A stretch of 64,000 nt of DNA, from NCBI GenBank assembly GCA_009103225.1, contig RHPI01002411.1:1-64000 (forward strand). Direction: 5' to 3'. Every line of letters begins with the position of its first letter. Position 1 is the stretch's first letter. This document shows, piece after piece, positions 35,521 through 47,700 of this stretch. Both the position numbers and the translations under genes were made by a program. The notes beneath the pieces were generated by a model that saw only the letters and a list, made by a program, of their open reading frames with translations, did not search any database and was not told where the DNA came from. Source of the DNA: Chlorokybus atmophyticus (Eukaryota > Plantae > Mesostigma and Chlorokybus algae).

Positions 35521-36979
35521 TAAATACTATATACACGAATGCTTACATATGTACACATGTAGGTGTGTGTATGCGCACGCAAGCAGGATGATATTGACAA
35601 CCCCAAACAAGGTTACATACTCATGAGCAGCCCCCAACAAAGCATTGTAGTTTACACACCTTGGCAGCCGCCGAGTTGCGGCTGCCTGTGTCATCAACAA
35701 TGACGTAAAATAATGTGATACCGTGGATTAATACTGGTACAGCCTATGCACATTGATAGCGCATGCACTGCCTATCAGCCGGTGGGCACAGAGGGGTGCC
35801 TCTGGCAGTTATTAACCTGTGGTGAAGATGTATCCAGTGACGTGTTCAGCTGTGGAGACGTCGATTTGTGTTGTGAGTGGGTGTGACAGTGTGTGTTACT
35901 TTGTGAAAGGCCGTGACGTGAGGTGTGTGAGTTGGTGTGCATCGTAGTGACGACATGTGCGTTATTGTGTGCCGATCTGTGACTCAGCGTGCTTGCAGTG
36001 TCAGAATATCGGTGTGATGGTGTGTGATGTGGTGTGATGTCCTGTGCCTGCGCGTTTAGGGTTTGCGGCTTTCGCGCTCGTGACAGATTTTGAAATGTGT
36101 CGTGCTGGGCAGGGTGTAGCTGGGTGGGGGTGTTTGTTGTTGTTGTTGGTGGCGGCGTAAGCGGCGGCGGGGGCGTTGGCGTGCGGGTGCTTGGGTGGTG
36201 CGGTGGTAAGGTGGCGGTATAGGTTGCCATGGCCATGCGGGGTACGCCCGGTCGGCCCGTCCTGGGGGGGGTAGTTACAGGCAGGTATATCTGGACGGCG
36301 CCAAGAGCGTTGCGTACTTGGATGGCGGGCGACGCCGTGAGTCTGACGATCATGTCGTGGGTGTGGGCGAGGGGGGTGGTGTCACTGCCCGTGGTGTTAG
36401 TTTTCCTGGGGGGTTAGAGGTGATGTTGACGACTTGGGTAGACCATAGACTCTACTTGCCTCGTGATGTCCGAGACTCCCCTGTGAAGGTCATGTCGCCT
36501 GTGCTCGCTGTTGATGTCCTGAGTTCGGGCATGCATCCAGATGTTCGCCTCAAGTTGGCCTTGCGTGAGCGGGCTTGGGGTGTGTCTGGGGTTGATCGCC
36601 GGATGATTGTGCAAGAGTACATGCCAGAGTCATGGCTGGGCCTAGTTCCAGGCATGTGGCAAGTACATGACTCGTATGATGTGCCTATGCGCGAGCATTC
36701 TGAGCATGCCTGGCCTCAGCGAGGCGTCGTCCCCCGTCCGTGTCCCTTCCCCACGTCGTAAAGGTATGCTGGGGCGGCTGTAAAGTTTAAACAGCTGAAT
36801 GTTGCTCAGTTCTGAACGTTGCGTTGTTTCCTTTGCTGCGCAGGCCCTGAGGTTGTGTTGTGACAGTGTCTAGGAGTGAACATTGTTGTCCCATTGTTAC
36901 ATGACTTGTGTGCATGCAGCCTGTGCAGTTGCATTTGTGTGCATGTTTGTATATCTGGCATGCACATGATGGTTGCCAT

Positions 36980-39900
36980 TTAGCAGTCTAGGTCGTCAAT
37001 GTCTAACTGTTCTACTAATTCCACCCAGTCTTGTGCATTGGCTGCATTTGTCTCCCAATCCCCACTACCTGCTCTGTCATCTTCTGCGTCCTCAGCAGCT
37101 TCCATTTCTGGGCTGTGTTCTTCTGCCTCTGCCTCGTCTCCAGAAGTTTCGGCTTCCCCCTCGCTGGAGGAGGAGGACGAATCTAGGTCATACATGCTGT
37201 CATCGTGTTGGGGCTGACCCTGCGTTGTGGGCATGGATGGTGTTGTGGGTTCTGTTGTGTCAGCTGGTGCCTGGGGTTTGTTCCTGTTGTTGCAAGTGGT
37301 GCACTTGCAGCTGTTAGTACACGGAATCCCTGCGCGCTTGCAACGGCATTGCTTGTTGCTGCACGATGACTTCGAACAGCCGCAACCCTTCAATAGAAGA
37401 AGCCGCCGTCCTCGCGCTGCAGTCATGTTTTCAGGTGTGTCCAGGTGTGCAACCCACACATTGTCCTGCTGTCTGAAACCATGATCTGATAACGGTGCTG
37501 TCATCAGGTGCTGCCTAGGAGCTTGAAGCCACATCTTGACCACCCAGCATGCACGCTTGCAATGCAACAGCAGGGCTTCAACTGTTGGCATTCGGTCATC
37601 TTCCTTCCAGATGGTATGCCATGTTGCATCGTGGATTGCGGCCAACCACTGGGTGAGTGTTGGGATATCATGCTTGCTGGCATTGGCACCACAGGTGTCA
37701 TGAAACAATGCTGTTGGGCTGGGACACTGGAAGTGTCTTGCGTGTTTCCTAAAGTAAGCACACCCAAGCAATCGCAGCAGCATTGCCTCTGGTGTCTGCA
37801 GTGCCATGTCTCGGGTGAGGAAGTCTGCGTCAGTACCTGCTACGGTTTGCCATAGCCACACCTTGCCCATGCCAGCAATGTAGCTCGTGTAGTCGCTGCC
37901 AGTGGCAGCAAAAAACAGCATGATGTAATGTCCAATGTCCTGGCTGGGCGTGTGCGTCAATTGTTGTTGATGTGTTAAGTCCGACAGGAGTTGGTTGAGT
38001 TGGATGAAATGTGGACGGGTGGATGATGCTCTTTCACGGCTGGTCTGGACGGTGACTACTTTGGACTGCAGCATACCTTGCTGCATTGCAGCCAACCCGA
38101 TGATGGTGATGTCGGTGTCAGGTGAGTAAATCACCACCCTGTCACAAGTGCTGTTTTCTGCATGAAACCACACCCTACTGTCTGCTTCGCAGTGGTTGCA
38201 CTCCAACGTAGAGTCTTGGCTGATGCTCACTTGATCTCGAAGGCGTTGCAGCACGCGGGCACCATGTCGGTATTGCATGTGGTCGCTGCCTCCAGACAGA
38301 ATGAGCTTCTGGCCGTTGCGCAGCCATGCAGCCGCATAGGTGGGCAAGTGTTCTGTGATGAATGAGCACAGCTCACGTTTGGCACTTCTGTTGTTCAGCA
38401 GCTGGGGCCACCTCGCTGGGAGTGCCTTTTCTAATCCGATCACAATCTTGTCTGTGTCACCAACATGAGCGCCATCTCTTCTGGACTGAAGGCTGGACTT
38501 GACGCCAGTTGCATGGTTGGGGTCGTCAAACACGATATGTACTTCTCGGATACTGTCAGCAGCAAAGCGAGGGCGCAGGTGGTTCCTGACCAGCTGCTGA
38601 AGGTAGTCTCCATAGTTGCTGATAGTGTCTGCGGGTGCTTGTTGTATGATGAACATGCCCTCAGTGATATAACACTCGGTGCCTGCAGGGAAGTGTTCTG
38701 CGCAGGCTTCTGGACTGCACTCAGCAAGCTTCCCAAGGAAAGCAGCCTTGCTACCCTTCCTCATGTTGCCTTCAACGTCAAAGAGCGCTCGAGGCATCTC
38801 CAGGTACCTCGCAGTCAGGTGTTCTCCAGGCATGTCATTGGATGCGAGCTTTCTCATTACTTGTGCATGGTCCTTGGCCACCCTTCTAGCAGTTCTGGCA
38901 CTATTGCCTTTATTGCTTATACTCGCCATCGTTCTAAGGTTGTTGCGCTTGACTTTAACCACGCCTTGGTTGCTGCAATACTTTGCTTGCACGTAACCCC
39001 TAAATGCCTCGACCCCAACTCTGTGATGTCTACCCAAGTCAGCAGCAGCACCAGGTTTGGCTGTGACATCCCGCACCAAGTGTCGCAGCTCCATGTCATG
39101 CTCAACCATCAGGTGAGCGGCGCTGTTGATGGTTTCAGTCATGTGGGTCACCGTGCTTAGTGTCCGCTTGTAATCGAACTCTGGGAGTGGCCTGGGGGGT
39201 GGTAGCACTTGCTGATCAAAGTTCTTCATGCTGGCAGCACGCGTTGTCAGGTGTAGAGTCTTGCGGCGTAGGTACTCCTCGCTGGGTCTGCTGATGCACT
39301 GCTTGAGGTCGCGGTTGATCACGATTTCATGCGCCTCGTCGCAAGCTACGCTCGCAGCCCAGCGCCCATTGATGGACACTGCAAAGTGCCCATCATCAAG
39401 AAGTTGCAGCACACTCAAAGGCCATGTTCTCAGGTCTGTCAGATGACTGCTGAACACCCTTTGATAATGTGGCCTGTCCCAGGCAAATGCAAGTGGAGCG
39501 AGCATCTTAATGGATGCACAACGCAGCTGCCAGTCACTGGTTCTGGTGGCAAAGTACAAAGCCACATAAGGTAAACAGTCACGTTGCGTGAAGTGCCACC
39601 AGAATGCCCATGTGCTGTCCCTCTCTGCTCTTGCAGAACCATATGCCAAAAACTCTGTGTAATAACTGATGGCTGCACTGTCGCTCGTGCTTGGCTGAGT
39701 GTTCAATTGCTGCCTCTCCAAGAATCGCTGGTAGTGGTCAGAGGCCTCAAAAGCGTCAAGCTGTGCACGGAACACAGCTTCAAAGCCCTGCAGGAGGAAG
39801 GAGTTGTTTCGCTTCCAGTTCCTCCCATCCACCAGAGCATTACGGGCTGTTGAATTGGCAAACCCAGCGCTTGGGGCCAGGCCATCCAAGCCAGCGTCAA

Positions 39901-42900
39901 AGAAGATCTTCAACACCACAGGCTGCATGTTGAACAGCACATGCCAGTCACCTATCATTGGGAGAACCCAATCCCAAAAGCCGGGCTCCAAGGCCTTGAT
40001 CTCCAGAATGAGGGCATATGTCTTCTGATCTCCCGCTATCATCATGCAGGTCATGCCAGATGGCTCTAACACTTTGGCTTGTATTTCAGCAAGTGCCAAT
40101 TTCAGATGGTCGCGCTTGTCCGGATTAATTGGCAAGAGGGGTAGGAAGTGAATGGATGAGCGAGGGCGGGCAGCACACAGGCGCAGCGCAGCGTATTCAT
40201 GCTTGAGGGTACGTGACTGCTGGCCTGTTTCTGCACGCCTCCCCTTGATTGCTTGAAATAAGTTTATGTTGAAGAGGTCCAGTGCTGCTTGCTCTGCATC
40301 ACTCAAGTACACCACCAGGTCCGGAGAGGGCAGCGGCACAAATCTTCTTGGGGCACTCACCATTGGCCGCTGAGGGTCCAAGTCCATTCTGACTTGGATG
40401 CCAGCCTCTCTCAAGGTACGCCATCTCACAGGCTGCCAATATCACCCATGTCAATTGCCATTAGGCACTCGTACACACATGCATTCATACTCAGAACCAC
40501 CGTTGCAGTGCTGACCTTGGCAGCGCTGACGTCTGGCTGGAAATCTCGTTGTTCTTGAGGCCATGTAACGACTGCCTGTGTGGTGGTACAGTGCATGCCG
40601 GTGGATGACTCCTTGCCCATGAACATAAGTGTGTGAGATTGCTGAAAGTCCAGATTGTCTATACTGCACATGACCAGTTCGTTGTGGTGCAGGCCAAAGT
40701 GAAGGGGTGCAGTTGCCAAGGACATGGTTCGCGTGGTCACATGCCTATGGGATCCACAGCATGTATGGTAAGTTGCCATTCAGTCAGCGATATGCCCCTA
40801 ATCACATACAAGTTGCATTGCAACAGGCCTGGCTGACCTGTTGAGCGTGTAGCGGCTCACACATAACCCTAGTCGGTTCAGCATGTGAATCAGTTTGGGT
40901 TTGGCACCGCACCCCTCCACATAGTTTGCCAGGACCAGGTGCAACTTGGAGTATGCCTTTGGGTTGCGCGCATAAATTGCATTAGCATACAACACTGCTG
41001 TCTGACTTCTCATGACTTTCAGGCGATCCTTGATGTTTTCATCGTCACATCCAGCTCGCGCAGCCGCTCTTTCCGCAGTCTCTAGTCCAGTGATGGCCTT
41101 CAACACCGTGACGACATCCTCTTGTCCATCATCCAACTCTTGCCTCATGTCCAAAGACCGCCAATCAGGCGTGCCTTCTGCGTTAGTCTTAGTCCTGGCC
41201 ACTGCAGCTTGTTGCACACACTTGCTGAGATGCCGCAGCAGCACGCCATTGACAACCCCTTCGCTTTGCGTGGGGGTTCCACCTGACTCTTTCAGTTTGC
41301 GCAGGACCCAGCCACCATACACAGCCTTCGCCAAGGCACGTCCGTGATCGGTACCCCGCACCAGCAAGACTGTACCTAGCCTTGGAGATCCAGTCAGAAG
41401 CTCCAGAGATGTACCAAAGGCCCGCTGCAGTGCGACAGACAACATCCTGGAGGTGACTCTAGAGCGCGATGCCAATTCTTGCAGCAACACAGCGCCATCT
41501 TCATCTTGCAAGTCTCTCGCCACTACTCTGCAGGCCTCTGCAGTAGGTCCCTCCTCGACTAGCGCATCTGCCACCTCCCTAATCTTTGTGACTGACTCCC
41601 GCCACAACCCAGAGTTGTATGCAGATTGCCCACTACCACTTCGGCGCAGCCTGTTCTGCATATCTAGCAACTCTTTCTTGTATTGATCGATCATTGACCT
41701 GCTAGCTGTGAGCTGTTCACTTGCACGTGTACACTCAAGCCGGCACCTTCCTAATTGACTATGTAGAGCACATACATCCTCCACACTTTTGGCCAACTCA
41801 GCTTTCACATTCTGAGCACGCACATACAAGCATGTAAGCTGCGTGCTTTGCCATATGAAACATCACTTTCACTTGCACTGTATTACCTCTTGTTGGCTGC
41901 ATGCATCAGTCAAGGAGTGCTGCAACTGCTCCACATTGCACGCTTGTTCACACATGATTAAACGCAAACTGCATGACTCCGTAGTAGCCTCGTTGCACAT
42001 GCGTTGCCACTCTGCACACCTATCGCAGACATGCCCATCTGCATTGCCTGCACAGCACATGCAATGTCAAATGAAGCACACAGATTATCAACATCCAGCG
42101 CGTTACAGTGCACACCCTAACACTAACTACACTACATGCCTGATCCCCAATGGCCGCTAGAATGCTGCTGGGAAGACTGCGATTGATGCAAGTTGGTGCG
42201 CTCTCCTAGAGGGGCTCTAGGAGTGAAAGGTGGACCCATGTCGGGTGTGAAGCCAACAGAACCAAGAGGGACAGTTACCTCCACATATTGACCCTGTATG
42301 CAACATAATTATAACATCAGCCACAACACAGTATCACAGCAATAGCAACTACCCAAAATCTACTGCAGTCTCAACACCCTCTCCAACATGCACTTACAGC
42401 GTCATTGCGTATCATCACTTTCTGGAACCCATGTGCCCGCCCTGCCGCACTAGGAACTGGAGTCTGAGGAGTGACTCCACTCATAGTTGGCAGCGCTGCA
42501 GGGACTGATGGACGCTCAACAAAGTCACCCTGCAACATACATTTGCCACATTAATTTCAGTGATCACATCCCACGCCTCCATCAAGCCACAAAGCTCCCA
42601 CAATCATAGCATGACCCACTATCACAATGCAACAACTACACGCACAACATACACACCTCGACTTGTTGGAAAGTGTCGTTACCCTTGTCATACCTCCATT
42701 TCTTGCCACTGGTTATTGCATTAAACACCACATGGTAGGGCAAACAAGTATCATGCAAGCTACAATCACGCCGGAGAGCATGCATCATGTTGTCCTCCTT
42801 CTGCTTGGCGGCCACCCTAACAGCCTTCTGGTTTTCCGCATGCTTCCTCTTCTTCTTGTTCTTCGCCTCAGTCCCAGGAGAGGTACTGGCCTCCGTGCCA

Positions 42901-42989
42901 GCCTCTTCAAGCGGCATCGTGTGCTGTGTACACTGGACCCCACCAGCCCCCTCGCCAGGAGAACTCTGCGCCTGCTCAAACTGATCCAT
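36980..42989 (-). CDS. Academ-type transposase with XPG/PIN nuclease and Cys-rich finger; 7 exons, ~1810 aa, apparently intact
   Basis: Exons 42989-42657, 42529-42398, 42293-42140, 42047-41887, 41811-40838, 40744-40516 and 40432-36980 splice in frame (one GC-AG intron). Motifs LNRLGLCVS, IDNLDF, GDQKTY, GDWH, CDEAHE; VFDD, HCEADSR, DTDI, GSDY; CGCSKSSCSNKQCRCKRAGIPCTNSCKCTTC. Confidence 0.8.
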
Positions 42990-43467
42990 GCCGCCGCCAC
43001 ACTGCCACCGCGGCTCCTCAACAAAATTCAAAAATCATCCCGCGCGCACGTCCAGAGCACGCACAGCTATGCACGCATGATCACAAAACTTCACGTATGC
43101 TCACAACGAGATAGAGCTCAGCATTTCACACAAAGGCACACGATCTCACACCGAATTACGTCCATCCCACACCACATCGAGCACACGAATTCACAAGTCA
43201 TCACAACATAACTCACACTTACTCACAAAGGTTCACAAGCTTATCGCGATCTCACAACGGCCCACGGACCATCGTGGCCATCGATTGCCAAATAAGCAGC
43301 AACGGCCGATGTCTAATCCTTTGAGCAGGACCCCTCTGTGCCCACCGGCTGCTATGGGCCTGTCAATTCACAACGCCGACTTCCTGTGCAATTTCCGCCG
43401 CCGACAGTCGCCAAGCGGCCGTCGGTACAGTCTATTATGCAAGTACTGCACCGTCCCTACCGGTACG

Positions 43468-43541
43468 TGCACATGTAGCTTAGTGGTTAGGGTGTCGTGT
43501 TTGTATTCCAAAGGTCTTGGGTTCGACTCTCGGTGGATGCA
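43468..43541 (+). pseudogene. Degenerate tRNA-like sequence (anticodon position TGT, Thr-like) or SINE head
   Basis: A box TAGCTTAGTGG and B box GGTTCGACTC at tRNA spacing; stems pair poorly. Confidence 0.55.
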
Positions 43542-44779
43542 TGCGTTCTTCACTAATCATGTCTACGACGCCGCGGCCTCGCGCGCTGCAGCCTGCGGCC
43601 CTGCAGGTCGGGCGTGGCCGGTGCTGCCGGCTCAAGATAGAGCACTTTCCGTCATTTGCATTACATCTAATGCTTATGAACAAATATTGCGGTCAATGGT
43701 CCGCTGGCCGGACCAGTAATGATTGTTAAACTAAATGTTTTTGTTAAGTCCCTGGTCCGCTGACTGGCTCGTACCTGGTCCTGACGCGACCGTAAACAGG
43801 CCGGAACAGACATGGTGCGACCCCAAAAAAACATGGGACCGTTCACGTGAGTTTTGGACCATGCATGGTCGGACTGTCAATGACAGTCCAACCAGACATG
43901 GTCCACGGAATTCACTTAGCAGGGGAAAATCCCGGTTCGAGGGTACGGACCATTTATGGTCCTTTGACGTCAATCGGTGTGAGGTATACTGCCTTGACAG
44001 CCGACCCGCTTCATCCCACATTCCTTGCGTCTGTAACCTTGAGTTGCATGATGCGATGATTGATGTAAAACTGCATCCACTCACCCATCCTGTGATGGCC
44101 ATGACTTCTGCCATTTTGTTGTACTTCAGCACCGCGACCCTTTGATGAGGGTGGGCCGGGTATTGATCGTTCTGCAATACGCTGCTGGTGAGTTTCTCGT
44201 GCAATGGAATATATAGCGCAAATGTAAGTTAATAACAAGGTTTGTAGAACAAAATAACACCATGCGTAACAAGTGACATGCACAGGTTCCCAGCAGCGAC
44301 TGTCAATGCGCTGCGCGATGCGCCATACAGCACAGAGCATTGACAACCTGGGCATGTCGTTAACAATTTTGATTTTTGAACGTTTTTACCTTGATGGCTT
44401 TCTAGAGTTCAAGCCCCATAGACTTGCACGCATCCTGGTCCTCCCTACCGCCTCCGTAGTTGATTGTGCGCACGACTCGGCACACCTGCGTGTTGAAGTG
44501 CTGTCCGATTTTGGTGGGCTTGGTCTCTCCCCCAATTGATTGACCCCTTGCATCACGGTGACCAGCTTGCACATTGCACGAACAGAACGGGCAGCCCCAG
44601 ATAAACGGCGACCCTGTGGACGCCCGCCTTCGTTTCAAAATGTCCAACTGCCTGGCAATCCTTTCCAGCGACTGTGTTGTACAACTCCTCACAGCTCCGC
44701 ACACCTCTCGTCGCTTCACCCTGCGCCCTGAGCTACACCCACACCCACACCCACAACCACAACCACAACCACAGCAACA

Positions 44780-47700
44780 TGTTGTAGGACTAGCATGCAC
44801 ATGTAGCTGAGGCAAGCATAGACACACAGAGACAGAGCTACCGCCATCAGAGCATACACAAGTCACATCACATTCATTTGTTACAAGTTGTCCGCTGGTT
44901 CTTATACCAGCCAGTTACACACACGTCTACGTTTGCAAGCATTGCGTAAGCTATACTTAGCTTTTTGACGCGCTCTAAGTTGCGTTGTCTTTCTTACAAC
45001 TAGAGCTTTCCAACAAGGTCTTACACGCCTAATATGAGTAAGTATACGCGGAGATACAAAGCAGTTAGTAAGGCTCTAGTCTGGAGTCCGGAGCCTGGTC
45101 CGACGACGCCATCTTGCTAAGTCCGGACCTAGTGCTCGTCCTTACGACCTTCTACTCCTGTGTGGAGGGTCGATGCTGATCGTATGTAGGAATACTCTCA
45201 ACACTCCCACGCGAGCAGCTTGACCTCCAACGCTTGCTTTTATTGTTAAACACAAATGCCAAGTCCTGCGCAACAAGTCTTGAACTTGAGCGGTGACAAT
45301 GGCTTTGTCAGTAAGTCCGCCAGCATGCCCTCGGTGTTGCAGTACTGGAACTCCACCTCCTTCCTTGTGACTCTGTCACGCACAAAGTGATGCATGACAT
45401 CAATGTGCTTCGTCCTTGCTAAGGCGATAGGGTGCTTCAACAACTTGATGGCTCCTTGGTTGTAACAATTGATGACGATGCACGCCATGGGGTGCTCCAA
45501 GTCTGCCATGAGCTTACGAAGCCAGAGTGCCTCCTTCACTGCTGCTGCCGCTGCCATGTACTCAGCCTCTGATGTAGATACTGCTGTTGTTGGCTGCAGC
45601 CTGCTGTTCCAGCTCACCACGCCTCCGTTCAGCTTGAAGATGCAGCCTGTAGTGGACCTCCTGCTGTTGAGGTCACCAGCAAAGTCCGAGTCGCAGTAGC
45701 CCTTCAACTCAATGCTCCCGCTCCCAAACTTGATGCCAACTGTTGCGCTCCCAGCAACATAGCGTAGTACTCCCTTGGCTGCTCTCCAGTGCTCCATGCT
45801 CGGTGCAGACATGTAGCGAGCAAGTACTCCCACAGCATGTGCAACATCGGGACGTGTGCACACTGCCAGATAGAGCATGCTGCCTACCAGCTCACCATAT
45901 GGATACAGAGCCTTGTCGAGTACGTCCTCATCCTTTGCCTAGATAAGGGCAATGCCAAGTGCCAACGGTGTGGTCTTGGTCTTCGCTTTAGTGAGCCCGA
46001 ACTTGGTGACGAGTCTGCTCACCATCTGCTCATGACTGATCTTGATTGTGCGAGCAGCCCTGTCGCGCTCAATCACCATGCCAAGGAACCACTTGGCCTC
46101 TCCAAGATTACGGACTCAGAATGCTTGCTGTAGAGCAAGTTTCGTCTCCTGCAGGTGGTGCACCTGCCTGGCGGTGATAATGATATCATCAACATACACG
46201 AGCAGCCAGACCTTGTTGTCTGCATGGATGAAGAGCTCAGGGTCTGCAGAGGATGCGGTGAAGCCAAGTGCCTCCAGCTCCTTGGTGAGCTTGATGTGCC
46301 ACATACGCGGTGCCTGTCGCAGCCCGTACAATGCCTTGATCATCTTGCACGCTGTGCCTCTCTCCCCTTCCTCATATCAAGGTGGTTGCTCGATGAAGAT
46401 CTCCTCCTCCAGCCTTCCGTAGAGGAAGGCAGTTTTCACGTCGAGGTGATGCAGCTTGAGGTCCTCAGCAGCAACCACAGCTAGCAGTGCACGGAAGGTG
46501 GTATGCTTACTTGCAGGTGCAAACACTTCGTTGAAGTCCACACCTTCCTGCTGCAAGAAGCCCTTTGCCACCAGTCTTGCCTTGTAGCGCTCAATGTTGC
46601 CCTGACCATCACGCTTCACCTTGAAGACCCATTTCACTGGAATGGTCTTCACTCCTTGCGGTAACTGCTCCAGTGACCAAGTGTTGTTTGCATGGAGTGA
46701 CGCAATTTACTCGTCCATAGCACGCTGCCATTGCTCCGCATTTGGTGCTAACAATGCCTCCTCGTAAGTGCTTGGCTCCTCATTCTGCACACTGGCGACG
46801 TGTGCCCTGTGTAGGAAGTCAGGTGCCTTTCTCTCCCTCACAGGGTATCTTCGAGCTGCGTGCTCCTGCTGCAGGTGCGGCTCCTTCTGGCCTGCTACAA
46901 TCGAGTCTCGCTCACCCTTGTCGTTGATGACTGCCTCGCCCTCAGCCTCCACTGTCTTAGGATGCTCTGTGGCTGTACTTCATCGTCATCTCCCGGAAAG
47001 AAGCCTGCTTTTGGTTGTGATAATCCCTAAAAACCACCTCTCTGCTCACGATGATCTTTTGAGTGTCCTCGAGCAAGATCCTGTAAGCCTTGGAACCCGG
47101 TTCATAGCCAACGAAGATGCCCTTCTTGCTGCCCGGCTTCAGCCTGTGCCTGAGCTGTTTAGGCACTAATGCACATGCCGTGCATCCAAACACACGCATA
47201 CCACTCACATCTGGTGTGGCTCCATAAAAGTGCTCCCACGGAGTCTTCTGCTCTGAGCTCACCGGAGACCTGTTGTGGATGTAGTTGGCAGTGAGTACCG
47301 CCTCCTTCCACAAACTGTCTTCCATCTTTGTGTCGTTGAGCATGGCTCCAACACGCTCCAAGAGTGTCTTGTTGAGGCGTTCAGCTGCTCCATTCTGCTG
47401 CGGGGTGTAGGGTGCCGTTGTCTCGTGGCGTATGCCCTTGCTAGCGAAGAACTCCTTCAACTTCTTGTTGATGTACTCCCCTCCTCGGTCACTCCTCATT
47501 GCCTTCATCTTGTTGCTAGACTGCATCTCCAACAAGGCCACAACTGTGCGCACAGCTCCAGCAACTTCTGACTTGAGCGTCAATGGAAAGATGATGGACA
47601 GCTTGCTGTAGTCGTCAAGAAATGTAGCAAAGTACCTGGCCCCTTCGCCACAATGCGCATAGAGCCACAAACATCAATGTGCACAAGCTCGCAAGGATGC

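Larger units (their letters stand above)
34515..43981 (-). mobile_element. Academ-type (AcademX-like) DNA transposon, 9467 bp
   Basis: TIR 34515-34549 vs 43947-43981 is 29/35 identical (CACAC...GTGTG); 3-bp TSD AGG (34512-34514, 43982-43984); palindromic ACCATGCATGGT subterminal arrays; large transposase gene inside. Confidence 0.85.
30025..44190 (-). pseudogene. Multi-exon SET / coiled-coil / KEN-like gene, paralog 1 (interrupted by the Academ-type element; several stops)
   Basis: SET split by intron 33723-33803 (IKDSTITGVGLGLFARQDIAN|...IDGHPRTGNVAAYINS...EPN...EELLLDYD). Next exon GLAMEDAMWL..REPG*SARAYLRRLL is homologous to paralog 2. Heptad-rich exons follow; C-terminal W..DLL..HNADAHY. 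The upstream exon is restored by excising 34515-43981. Confidence 0.7.
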
